A DNA stretch of 24,000 nucleotides, taken from contig CAZOAL010000046.1 of assembly GCA_964577695.1 (NCBI GenBank), positions 39,904 to 63,903 on the forward strand, written 5' to 3'. The translations under genes and the position numbers were made by a program. The notes beneath the pieces are model-generated. The model saw only the letters and a program-made list of their open reading frames with translations. It had not been told where the DNA came from and did not search any database. Below are positions 8,003 to 15,939 of this stretch, one piece after another (the first letter of the stretch is position 1; every line of letters begins with the position of its first letter). The DNA is from an uncultured bacterium (GTDB lineage Bacteria > Poribacteria > WGA-4E > PCPOR2b).

Positions 8003-9952
8003 TTATCTTTTGCCTGTTTGTGATTCGGCGCGTCTAAGGACATCCCCAAACCGGATGTGCGCGAGGCACCCAAAAAGCGGGTGCCTCGACAGGCCGGAGC
8101 GCGTCAATCGTGGGGAGGTGATGCCGTACGCGAATCGCGCCAACGCACGGGCGTCGTTGATCGGCTCGTCTTGTGCATGCCACACATCAAGCATCTGCCC
8201 CCACAGCGCTTCATCGATCGCCGCCGGTTCCAGCGGCGCGTAGGGGTATACCCTTGTGGCATACCCTGCGGGCTGATGGCCGTTCATGCACCAGGAGCAA
8301 TGCCCACAAGAACGGCGTAGTTCCTCGCCAAAGTGTGCGGCGAGATGCGCCATCTGGCATCCGTTGTGTGTCGCGAGTTCGAGGACTTGACCGATACGCC
8401 CAACCTCCCGTGCTTCACGCTCCAGCGCGTTTTGGAACAAGGTATCAGTCAGCCTCTCAATGTCGTCCGGGCGACGAAGCATCGTAAAACGGTTGCGAAC
8501 CCCTTCGGCTCTCACCTCCAACAGTGCCTGTTCGCCAAGATAATCCAGCGCCCGCACAATGCGGTCTCGCGGGCAATTGATGGCTGCGGCTGTCTCATCC
8601 AACTCGATATGGAACCAGGTTCTGGCTTGACGCGCTTGTTTGAATACCTCCGTCAGGAATTGGCGACGTTCGCCCTCAAACCGCGATAAAATCTCGGCTG
8701 ACGAGACGATCGGCTGAAATTGATAGCGGCTGTAAAACGGGGTTAATTCCTGAAGGTAGTTGTCGAGTTCCAGTTGCACCAACAGGGTCCGCGTCACCAG
8801 TTGACGGATGTCGTGACGCGCTGACAGTTCATAAAAACTGACATCAAACTGTCCAGAGAACGAAAAAATCTCATCCACCAAACCCCGGATAGCATTTCGG
8901 CTCGGCGTGTCCCCGTAGGAGAAATTCTCAAGGGTGCAGACGTCATCTGGGCAGACCAACATCTCACAGATCGAAGTTACTCCGTCTCGCCCGGAGCGGC
9001 CGATCTCCTGCGAAAAATTCTCAAGGCTCTTGGGCAGATTATAGTGGTAAACGTAACGGATGTCGGATTTGTCGATGCCCATGCCGAAAGCGATGGTCGC
9101 CACCACGATTCCATCCGTTGAGCCCATGAACCAATCCTGCACCTCAGCCCGATGGTCGTCCTTCATCCCCGCGTGATACGCTCGCGCCGGCAGCCCCGCC
9201 GTGGCGAGACGCGCAGCCACCTGCTCCGACGTTTTTTGCAGCGTGACGTAAACAATCGTGGGACCGGCGGGCTGTGCTTTTAGCCGCTCCAACAACGTCC
9301 TATCCCGCTCTTCGGCGGCGATGGGCGTTGTCAACACTGTGAGATTGGGGCGATAGAAGCCAGTCCGTACCATACAGCGCCGATCAATGCCAAACCCCGC
9401 GCAGATGTCTGCCGCGACCTTTGGGGTCGCTGTCGCCGTCAATGCGAACAACCGCTCCGCACGGCACGCCCGCGCAAAGCGAGCCAATTTCAGGTAGTCC
9501 GGTCGGAAGTTGTGCCCCCACTCCGAAATGCAGTGCGCCTCGTCAATGGCGAACATCGACACTGGCGTGTGCAGGAGGGCTTGCAAAAAGCGTTCGTTGC
9601 TGAACCGCTCAGGTGCCACATACAGCAGGCGCAACGTTCCGGACCGGAGGGCTGACATGGCCTCCCGCGTCTCATCCGCTGACAGCGTTGAATCGAGCCG
9701 GGCGGCTGCGATGCCCCGACTTTTGAGGACATCGATCTGCTCCCTCATCAGCGCAATCAGGGGCGAAATGACGATTGTCAAGCCATCGAAGGTGAGCGCG
9801 GGCAACTGGTAACAGAGCGATTTGCCGCCACCCGTCGGAAAGATCGCCAGGGCTGAACGTCCTGCCAGCAGATGCGCGATGACCTCGGCTTGCCCCGGCA
9901 GGAATTGATCGAAGCCAAACGTTTCAGTGAGAAGTTTCCTAGCGCGTTCCAT
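8003..9952 (-). CDS. recQ: ATP-dependent DNA helicase RecQ
   Basis: 649 aa: FPTGGGKSLCYQLPAL (Walker A), AIDEAHCISEWGHNFRPDY (DEAH), FALTATATPKV, TIAFGMGIDKSDIRYVYHYNLPKSLENFSQEIGRSGRDG, RecQ zinc-binding cysteines (CEMLVCPDDVC...CGHCSWC). Confidence 0.93.
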   Translation of the reverse strand: MERARKLLTETFGFDQFLPGQAEVIAHLLAGRSALAIFPTGGGKSLCYQLPALTFDGLTIVISPLIALMREQIDVLKSRGIAAARLDSTLSADETREAMSALRSGTLRLLYVAPERFSNERFLQALLHTPVSMFAIDEAHCISEWGHNFRPDYLKLARFARACRAERLFALTATATPKVAADICAGFGIDRRCMVRTGFYRPNLTVLTTPIAAEERDRTLLERLKAQPAGPTIVYVTLQKTSEQVAARLATAGLPARAYHAGMKDDHRAEVQDWFMGSTDGIVVATIAFGMGIDKSDIRYVYHYNLPKSLENFSQEIGRSGRDGVTSICEMLVCPDDVCTLENFSYGDTPSRNAIRGLVDEIFSFSGQFDVSFYELSARHDIRQLVTRTLLVQLELDNYLQELTPFYSRYQFQPIVSSAEILSRFEGERRQFLTEVFKQARQARTWFHIELDETAAAINCPRDRIVRALDYLGEQALLEVRAEGVRNRFTMLRRPDDIERLTDTLFQNALEREAREVGRIGQVLELATHNGCQMAHLAAHFGEELRRSCGHCSWCMNGHQPAGYATRVYPYAPLEPAAIDEALWGQMLDVWHAQDEPINDARALARFAYGITSPRLTRSGLSRHPLFGCLAHIRFGDVLRRAESQTGKR

Positions 9953-10084
9953 AGATGCGATTCCTCAAGTAAAACGAATAATAACCCAAGTTGCCACTGA
10001 TGCCGATTTTGGCCAATATGGGAAAATTCGTGCTGAAATCGATATTATAGACCTTCAGATAATGATTTTAAAAAACGCCACCAA

Positions 10085-10117
10085 AGACTTCCGAAGTCTT
10101 TGAGACTTCGGAAGTCT
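10085..10117. repeat. Perfect hairpin AGACTTCCGAAGTCT-TTG-AGACTTCGGAAGTCT
   Basis: Two 15-nt perfectly complementary arms, 3-nt loop. Each arm is itself an odd palindrome (GACTTC-C-GAAGTC). Confidence 0.8.
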
Positions 10118-10185
10118 GAATTTCCAACTCATTTTCTCAACATCTATAGATGCCTGACGTGAATCTTCCCTCACCGATGTTACCC

Positions 10186-10725
10186 CTACTTGATTTTTGG
10201 CACTTCAAGTGTGTTGCCGGCTTGGCGGTGGATTGCCTTGACCACCTTGCCGTGCCCAGAGGGCGCCCAGTCCTTCACGAAGGTAATCTGGGCATCCACA
10301 ACCTTCCAGAAGAACTCCGTCTCCGATTTGGGGAAAATTTCAAACTTGGGCTGGCCTGTCATTTGCGCGAACAGCCCATCCCCTTCCTTCGTCACGGTGA
10401 GAATCGCATACGCATACTGCCCGACGTAAGCATCATAAGCCCCAGGGGTACCCACGCCTGTTGACGGTTCCGTTTTGAGTTTCGGTGCCTTGAACTCAAC
10501 TCCCCCCTGACGATGGATGGCGTGGACGACCTCGCCTTTCTCGTTCTTTACAAACGTGACCTGGGCGTCCACGACTTTCCAGAAAAATTCCGTTTCTGAC
10601 TTGGGGAAGATTTCAAACTTGGGTTGTCCCGTTAGTTCCGCAAACAATCGGTCCCCTTCTTTCGTCACGGTGAGAATTGCATACACATACTGTCCCACAT
10701 AGTCGTCGTAAGCATTGGCAGCTAC
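10186..10725 (-). repeat. Intragenic tandem duplication of the DUF3471-like domain
   Basis: 'DAYVGQYAYAILTVTKEGDGLFAQMTGQPKFEIFPKSETEFFWKVVDAQITFVK' (about 10186-10443) vs 'DDYVGQYVYAILTVTKEGDRLFAELTGQPKFEIFPKSETEFFWKVVDAQVTFVK' (about 10475-10725). Confidence 0.9.
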
Positions 10726-12654
10726 GGTAGCGTTCGTCATGACGCTGTCGCGGGGCTTCATCTGTTCCCAGAGATAAATCTCCGCCACATCGTTTGCCAG
10801 ACCTCCTGGGTCTATCCCCGGAGAAGGTGGAGCGCAGTTCGTCAAGACTGTTACCGTAAAATTCTGTGCGGGATAGCGTGCCAGATAGGTAGCAAATCCG
10901 TTGAGCCCGCCGCCGTGTTGAATCTCCTTCAGCCCACGCTTCTCTGAGATTACCCAGCCGTAACCGTATTCACCCCCTGCACCAGTCGGAATGCTTCCAT
11001 CGTTGAGTTTGACTGGCGTGAAGGCCGCTTCCAGACTTGATGGGTTCAAGACCTTCCCGTTGAAGACCGCCTCATTCCAGCGGTAGAGGTCGCCCACCGT
11101 TGAGTAGAGGGCGCCCGCTCCACCCGCGCGGGACATATCCCAGTTCATCGCTTTCTTGAATTTGCCGTCCTCATACGCATATCCGGTCGCTTCATGCTCA
11201 AGGATGAGGCTCCAGTGATGGATACCTGTATCTTCCATGCCAAGTGGGTCAAAGAAGGTTTTCTTGAGATAATTGGCAAAAGGTTCGCCGGAGACCTTCT
11301 CGACGATGTAGCCAAGCAGGAAATACCCGGAATTGTTGTAGAGCCATTTTTCGCCGGGGTTAAAATCATAAGGGTCATTCTTGAACGAGTTGATGTGTTC
11401 CTCTGTTTCGACGTATGCTTGCGCAGTTTTCATGAAGTCCGGTTTGCTGGTGTAACTGTGAATGCCCGACGTATGGGTCAGGAGATGGTGAATGGTCACC
11501 TCGTCCCCGCGTGGATAATCTGGGATGAACTTCGACAACGGGTCGTTCACGCTGAGTTTGCCCTGCTCCTGCAATTTCAGGATTGCCGCCGCCGTGAACT
11601 GCTTCGAGATGGAGCCGATGCGGAACTTCGTCTCCGGCGTAACCGGGATGTGATGTTCAAGGCTTGCAAAGCCAAAGCCTTTTTGGTAAAGGATTTCCCC
11701 ATTTTGAGCGGCAAGTACCGCTCCTCCCGGCGAGTCGCCCTTAATTTTGTCATTAAAGATTGCATCTACAATCGCTTCTTGGGGAGGCATTTGAATATTC
11801 GGATCGGCACTCTTTTCCAACAGGAACTTAACGGCATCTTCTCGTCCGCGCATCTTCGCGTAATGGAGGGCGGTCAAGCCATACTTTGTTGTATTGACGG
11901 CTGCCCCTTGCGACAAGAGCAGTTTGAGCGTCTCCAAATCGCCCTGGCCTGCCGCCGCGAGGAGTTTGTCGGACAACATACCCGGGCCAAGCGCGCGACA
12001 CGTAAATCCCCAGCCTAGCTGCATGTTCTGAACCTTGAGGAGGAGCTGGTTCTTGCCGGCTTGCAGGTTCAAGAGGACAAGGTCATCATCCTTCTGAACA
12101 GGGCGGCCAATCCAGTTCTCATGAACCAACTTCCCGTTGAGCCAGACCTTCACCCCGTCGTCGCTGCCAACACCCAATAAAGCGGTCTTTGCCTCGGGCA
12201 CATCAATCTCCGCCCACGCATAGGCGACGACAAACGCCTTCTCGCCATAGACCTCAACGAGATTGACGATGTCGCCCTTTGCGTGAGCGAGTTGCCAACG
12301 GTATTCGGCTTCTCCAATCTGATGAGCGAGACCGGGTTTGGGCTGGATGCTGGTCACAGTACGAGCGGGCGGCTCGCCCGTTGGCAACGAGCCAGCGGCT
12401 CGCTCTACATGTTGTGTGAGGAAGTCGGTCGCGAACGCCTTCTTTTGCGCCTCTTCGTCTTGCGAGTTGGGCTTGCCTTCAAAAACAGGGATTGGCCCCA
12501 AGACGAGCCACGTTGTCATAAACGTGTCCGGTTGTAAGCCCTGATAGGAGGGCATTTCTTCTTTCTCATCCTGCGCTGTCGCTGGCACAATGGCAAGCAT
12601 CAAGACGAACAACACGATGAATGTGAAAAACTGGGTCTGTTTGAAATTAAGCAA
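10186..12654 (-). CDS. Secreted serine beta-lactamase-like hydrolase with ankyrin repeats and two DUF3471-like C-terminal domains
   Basis: 822 aa: signal peptide; SDDGVKVWLNGKLVH accessory domain; ankyrin segment (LKLLLSQGAAVNTTKYGLTALHYAKMRG..); SxxK in RIGSISKQFTAAAI; YNN; HGG; two C-terminal repeats beginning YVGQYxYAILTVTKEG. TTG start with AAAGGAG SD. Confidence 0.85.
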   Translation of the reverse strand: MLNFKQTQFFTFIVLFVLMLAIVPATAQDEKEEMPSYQGLQPDTFMTTWLVLGPIPVFEGKPNSQDEEAQKKAFATDFLTQHVERAAGSLPTGEPPARTVTSIQPKPGLAHQIGEAEYRWQLAHAKGDIVNLVEVYGEKAFVVAYAWAEIDVPEAKTALLGVGSDDGVKVWLNGKLVHENWIGRPVQKDDDLVLLNLQAGKNQLLLKVQNMQLGWGFTCRALGPGMLSDKLLAAAGQGDLETLKLLLSQGAAVNTTKYGLTALHYAKMRGREDAVKFLLEKSADPNIQMPPQEAIVDAIFNDKIKGDSPGGAVLAAQNGEILYQKGFGFASLEHHIPVTPETKFRIGSISKQFTAAAILKLQEQGKLSVNDPLSKFIPDYPRGDEVTIHHLLTHTSGIHSYTSKPDFMKTAQAYVETEEHINSFKNDPYDFNPGEKWLYNNSGYFLLGYIVEKVSGEPFANYLKKTFFDPLGMEDTGIHHWSLILEHEATGYAYEDGKFKKAMNWDMSRAGGAGALYSTVGDLYRWNEAVFNGKVLNPSSLEAAFTPVKLNDGSIPTGAGGEYGYGWVISEKRGLKEIQHGGGLNGFATYLARYPAQNFTVTVLTNCAPPSPGIDPGGLANDVAEIYLWEQMKPRDSVMTNATVAANAYDDYVGQYVYAILTVTKEGDRLFAELTGQPKFEIFPKSETEFFWKVVDAQVTFVKNEKGEVVHAIHRQGGVEFKAPKLKTEPSTGVGTPGAYDAYVGQYAYAILTVTKEGDGLFAQMTGQPKFEIFPKSETEFFWKVVDAQITFVKDWAPSGHGKVVKAIHRQAGNTLEVPKIK

Positions 12655-12671
12655 GGTTATCTCCTTTCATG

Positions 12672-12706
12672 CGTGAAACGTGAAACGTGAAACGTAAAGC
12701 GTAAAT
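12672..12706. repeat. Heptanucleotide tandem repeat (CGTGAAA x3, CGTAAAG, CGTAAAT)
   Basis: Read directly from the sequence. A second heptamer, CATTACG x2, follows at 12734-12747. Confidence 0.9.
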
Positions 12707-12728
12707 GTTTCCTTGTTTTTCTTACGAA

Positions 12729-13844
12729 TTAGGCATTACGCATTACGGCTGATTTTGCCGATCGCATTGTTTCCAATTCCCTCTCACTCCATACGCCGGG
12801 GATTGTGGTCTTACACTGAGGACAACCGCCATCCCTCACCCGGTTTCTCAGCACTTTGAATCCCCATCGTTCCACAAGGAGCTCTCCACAGCTTGGACAG
12901 CAGGTGTTCTCGTATCGTCCGACGCGACCGGGCAGGTTGCCGGCATACACATAGTGGAGTCCAGCATTATAGCCAATCTCCGCAGCGCGAATGAGTGTGG
13001 AGACAGATGTGTTGTCCGGGTCGGTCATCTTGTAGTCTTGGTGGAAAGCCGTCACATGCCAGGGAATATCGGGTGAGATCGAAACGAGGAAGTCGGCGAT
13101 GTCTTTGAGCTCTGCATCGGAATCGTTGAAGCCGGGAACGATCAGCGTGACAATCTCCAGCCAGAAGTGCTGTTCATGCAACATCTTGATGGTATCCAAT
13201 GTGTTCTTTAACACGCCGCCAAGTTTGCGATAATTCCTGTCGTTGAACCCCTTCAAGTCAACCTTGTAAAGGTCCACATGAGGACGGAGGTAATCGAGCA
13301 CCTCCGGCGTCCCATTCCCGTTGGACACATACGACGTGACGAGGCCATATCTTCTAGCAACCTTGAAAATATCAACCCCCCACTCGCTCGTGATGAGCGG
13401 TTCGTTGTAGGTGCTCGTGACAATCTTCGCCTTGTATTGACGTGCAAGCGAGACAAACTCTTCGGGTGAGATGTTCTTCGGCGGCGCACCGGCAACCGGG
13501 TCGCGGAGGGCTTGCGACGTCACCCAGTTCTGGCAGTAAGAACAGTGGAAATCGCAACCTAACATCCCGAAGCTCATGGCGAGCGCGCCGGGAAATGCGT
13601 GGAAGAACGGCTTCTTCTCCACAGGGTCAAGTTGCACCCCGCCGACATATCCCCACGGGACGCGGAGCGTTCCACCGTCGTTAAATCGAACGCGACAGAC
13701 GCCATCTCTGCCGGGAGGAATTTTACAATTGTGCCCGCACGCATAACAGTGGACCCAGTCGTTGGCAAGTTTTTCGTATAGGGTACCTTCTCTGGTTCGC
13801 TCCGCGAGAATCTGTTTTAGGGTGACAGTTTCTTGTTCAGCCAT
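12729..13844 (-). CDS. amrS: AmmeMemoRadiSam system radical SAM enzyme (AmrS)
   Basis: 371 aa: CYACGHNCKIPPGRDGVCRVR, radical SAM CxxxCxxC in GCDFHCSYCQNW, YNEPLI, C-terminal zinc ribbon CCPSCGELL...CPQCKTTIPG. Confidence 0.85.
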   Translation of the reverse strand: MAEQETVTLKQILAERTREGTLYEKLANDWVHCYACGHNCKIPPGRDGVCRVRFNDGGTLRVPWGYVGGVQLDPVEKKPFFHAFPGALAMSFGMLGCDFHCSYCQNWVTSQALRDPVAGAPPKNISPEEFVSLARQYKAKIVTSTYNEPLITSEWGVDIFKVARRYGLVTSYVSNGNGTPEVLDYLRPHVDLYKVDLKGFNDRNYRKLGGVLKNTLDTIKMLHEQHFWLEIVTLIVPGFNDSDAELKDIADFLVSISPDIPWHVTAFHQDYKMTDPDNTSVSTLIRAAEIGYNAGLHYVYAGNLPGRVGRYENTCCPSCGELLVERWGFKVLRNRVRDGGCPQCKTTIPGVWSERELETMRSAKSAVMRNA

Positions 13845-13947
13845 GGTATCACATCCCTTTCAATCGCTCAATTTGGCAAGATCACATCCTTATCCAGATA
13901 AGCCTGCAGAAATTCATCTGGGATGTAACATTGTCAGGCTAGGCTCT

Positions 13948-14058
13948 GTTGACGAACTCGGGGAAATGCGCTTGTAGCCTAAGTTTCTAACTTGGCCCCA
14001 AGCACTAAACCAAGATAGAATCTTGGGCTACGACGGGATCGAAAAATAGTTCGTCAAC
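13948..14058. repeat. MITE-like nested inverted-repeat element
   Basis: Outer perfect 10-bp inverted repeat GTTGACGAAC (13948-13957)/GTTCGTCAAC (14049-14058). Inner 22-nt arms GTAGCCTAAGTTTCTAACTTGG (13974-13995)/CCAAGATAGAATCTTGGGCTAC (14010-14031), 19/22 complementary. Confidence 0.65.
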
Positions 14059-14072
14059 ACGCCCTAAGAATT

Positions 14073-14288
14073 CTACGCATAAATAGGAACTGCGACTTCT
14101 TTCAACTCCATCCCAAACTTCCTTGAAAAGTTAGTAATGGTTAATCCGACAAGCGCATGCGTCTTAGATTCATATCTCGCAAACACGCCGTCCTCTATCT
14201 CTTCAGCTTCTGCTTTCGCAGATTCATCAAAGCTTAGATACATCACATCTGCCTGATGATCGTAGCTAATGCAGATCTTCTGGTCCAT
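14073..14288 (-). CDS. DUF2283 domain protein (putative antitoxin-like)
   Basis: MDQKICISYDHQADVMYLSFDESAKAEAEEIEDGVFARYESKTHALVGLTITNFSRKF. AGGAGG SD upstream of ATG at 14288. Confidence 0.75.
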   Translation of the reverse strand: MDQKICISYDHQADVMYLSFDESAKAEAEEIEDGVFARYESKTHALVGLTITNFSRKFGMELKEVAVPIYA

Positions 14289-14604
14289 AGACAACCTCCT
14301 TCCCGGCTTTTCTCATCTTACCTTTTGAAATGAAAAATGCAGTGATGATGAAACCTTCGTCATTAAGATGCTTCACAACCACCATCAGGTATTTCTCAGT
14401 AACAGGGGGTTGCCGAAAGTATTTGTAATACTGATAATTTTCTTCCTTTGGACAATAATAAACGACATCGGGAGTAAGCAAAGTTCGCTTCATTTTCTGA
14501 GTTTGGCGGTCAAGTTCCTTGTGTTTGCGCAAGATATGAATCCACTGGACATCGGTGAGTCTTATTTTCTTTCCAAGCTTTGAGATGGTTTCAAAAATGA
14601 CCAT
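14266..14604 (-). CDS. Small nuclease/RelE-superfamily-like protein, possible toxin partner of the DUF2283 protein
   Basis: 112 aa, ...VQWIHILRKHKELDRQTQKMKRTLLTPDVVYY...YLMVVVKHLNDEGFIITAFFISKGKMRKAG. H-rich N-terminal part and 'FIITAFF' are typical of the Barnase/EndoU/RelE-like group. Overlaps the DUF2283 ORF by 23 nt. Confidence 0.5.
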   Translation of the reverse strand: MVIFETISKLGKKIRLTDVQWIHILRKHKELDRQTQKMKRTLLTPDVVYYCPKEENYQYYKYFRQPPVTEKYLMVVVKHLNDEGFIITAFFISKGKMRKAGKEVVYGPEDLH

Positions 14605-14909
14605 TGATGTAAGGATACCACTCCTTGAACATGTCCTTCAGCGTTGTCGTTTATGACAATTCATCCGATGAAAATATAACCCATTTATTCCCAAAAGGCA
14701 AGTCTCTTTTTACGGAATTGACATTCGTGAAATGTGCTCCGTATTCGTTGCGCATTTCACGCAGCCACAACCGGATCTATGCTAAAATAAAATCGGTCTT
14801 TTTGTGTGCTCATCATGAAAAAATTTTGAGGGATGTAATTTTCGAGTCATTTGCTTTGTCTATATAAGTGAAGGCAGCCAATGATATGAGTTCTTCCGTT
14901 AGCCTCGTA

Positions 14910-14969
14910 GAACGAGCAGCTTGCTCGTTCGGAACACGAGTGAATAATCTAAACAAGCTGGCAGCTTGT
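14910..14969. repeat. Two related small palindromes
   Basis: GAACGAGCA-GCT-TGCTCGTTC (14910-14930) and ACAAGCTG-G-CAGCTTGT (14953-14969), upstream of the sigma-factor fragment. Confidence 0.7.
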
Positions 14970-15018
14970 TCTACTTTGCCCTTCAGCGAAAAACTCATAT
15001 CCAGAAAGGAGCAAAACC

Positions 15019-15275
15019 GTGCGCACTGAAGATGGGTATATCATCGACAAATGCCTCAATGGGGAGCCGGAAGCCTTTGGATTTCTGGTGGACAAGTACA
15101 AAGAGAGCATTTATGCGTTCGCGTATACCAGACTCTGCAACTTCCACGATGCCGAGGACATCACGCAAGAGGTGTTCATCAAAGCCTATCAGAAACTGAG
15201 CACCTTGAAACGGTGGGATAAATTCTTGGCATGGCTCTATTCCATCACGGCGAACCTGTGCAAGCACCGTCGTCA
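15019..15275 (+). pseudogene. ECF sigma factor N-terminal fragment (region 2 only)
   Basis: GTG start after GAAAGGAG: MRTEDGYIIDKCLNGEPEAFGFLVDKYKESIYAFAYTRLCNFHDAEDITQEVFIKAYQKLSTLKRWDKFLAWLYSITANLCKHRR, then similarity ends abruptly and region 4 is absent. Confidence 0.8.
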
Positions 15276-15727
15276 ATGGGAAAATTTATGTCATGGGAGG
15301 GTACGAGGATGCTCCTGCAAGGATGTTCAAAACCGTAGACGAGTATGACCCATTGAAAAATACATGGACAAAGAAAAACGATATGCTGATGGCAAGATTG
15401 GCTTTTTCTGCCAGCGTGGTGGATGGGAAGATTTATGTCATTGGCGGAGGCGTGTTTGCAGGACCGGCTATGGCAGACGTTCATGCCTACGACCCTCAGT
15501 TGAATATGTGGTCCAAAAAAGCACCAATACCAACACCCCGGCGCGATTTTGCAACTGCCGTGGTGGATGGTAAAATTTATGCTATCGGCGGAACCTCCGG
15601 CCCCCCGTGGCCAGCCTTCTCAACGGTGGAGATGTATGACCCTTCCACAAACACCTGGACCAGGAAAGCGGACATGCCGACCGCGAGAACTGCTTTATCG
15701 GTCTGCGCAGTCAACTTGACAACTTAA
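15272..15727 (+). pseudogene. Kelch-repeat protein fragment
   Basis: NGKIYVMGGYEDAPARMFKTVDEYDPLKNTWTKKNDMLMARLAFSASVVDGKIYVIGGG...DGKIYAIGGTSGPPWPAFSTVEMYDPSTNTWTRKADMPTARTALSVCAVN. No signal peptide and only a few blades. Confidence 0.8.
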
Positions 15728-15762
15728 GGGATCTCGACGCCTTGAACTCAAGTTCAGGCTGA

Positions 15763-15900
15763 TAGCTCAAGTCCACTGAAGTGGACTGAAACCAATCTTA
15801 GTCGGCTTCAGCCGACTTGAGCTATGAGCTCCGATAGATCGGCCTGTCCCGATCCCATCGGGGAGTCTTCGCTTCGCTCGATCTGCGAATTGATTCGCAG
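15763..15900. repeat. Dense hairpin cluster including a potential three-way junction
   Basis: Outer arms TAGCTCAAGTC (15763-15773)/GACTTGAGCTA (15814-15824) enclose AGTCCACT-GA-AGTGGACT (15770-15787) and AGTCGGCT-TC-AGCCGACT (15800-15817). Followed by CCCGAT-CCC-ATCGGG (15848-15862) and CTGCGAAT-TG-ATTCGCAG (15883-15900). Confidence 0.8.
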
Positions 15901-15939
15901 GCTGAAGTCCATCCGTATGGGGGCGTCATTTTTCTATGC

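Noticed and set aside
11194-12018. 274-aa plus-strand ORF opposite the serine hydrolase
   Set aside because: It is an antisense shadow of a well-supported GC-biased coding sequence. No domain-like composition, no SD and no neighbour logic.
14625-14867. 80-aa plus-strand ORF MNMSFSVVVYDNSSDENITHLFPKGKS...
   Set aside because: AT-rich intergenic region, no SD, weak protein-like composition. Too little evidence to list.
15019-15348. Complete ECF sigma factor of 109 aa
   Set aside because: Region 4 (-35 recognition) is missing and the last about 20 aa are out-of-frame Kelch DNA, so it is treated as a fragment.
14995-15484. Minus-strand ORFs 14995-15276 and 15245-15484
   Set aside because: Antisense to the recognisable sigma and Kelch fragments, which have clear homology-type motifs on the plus strand.
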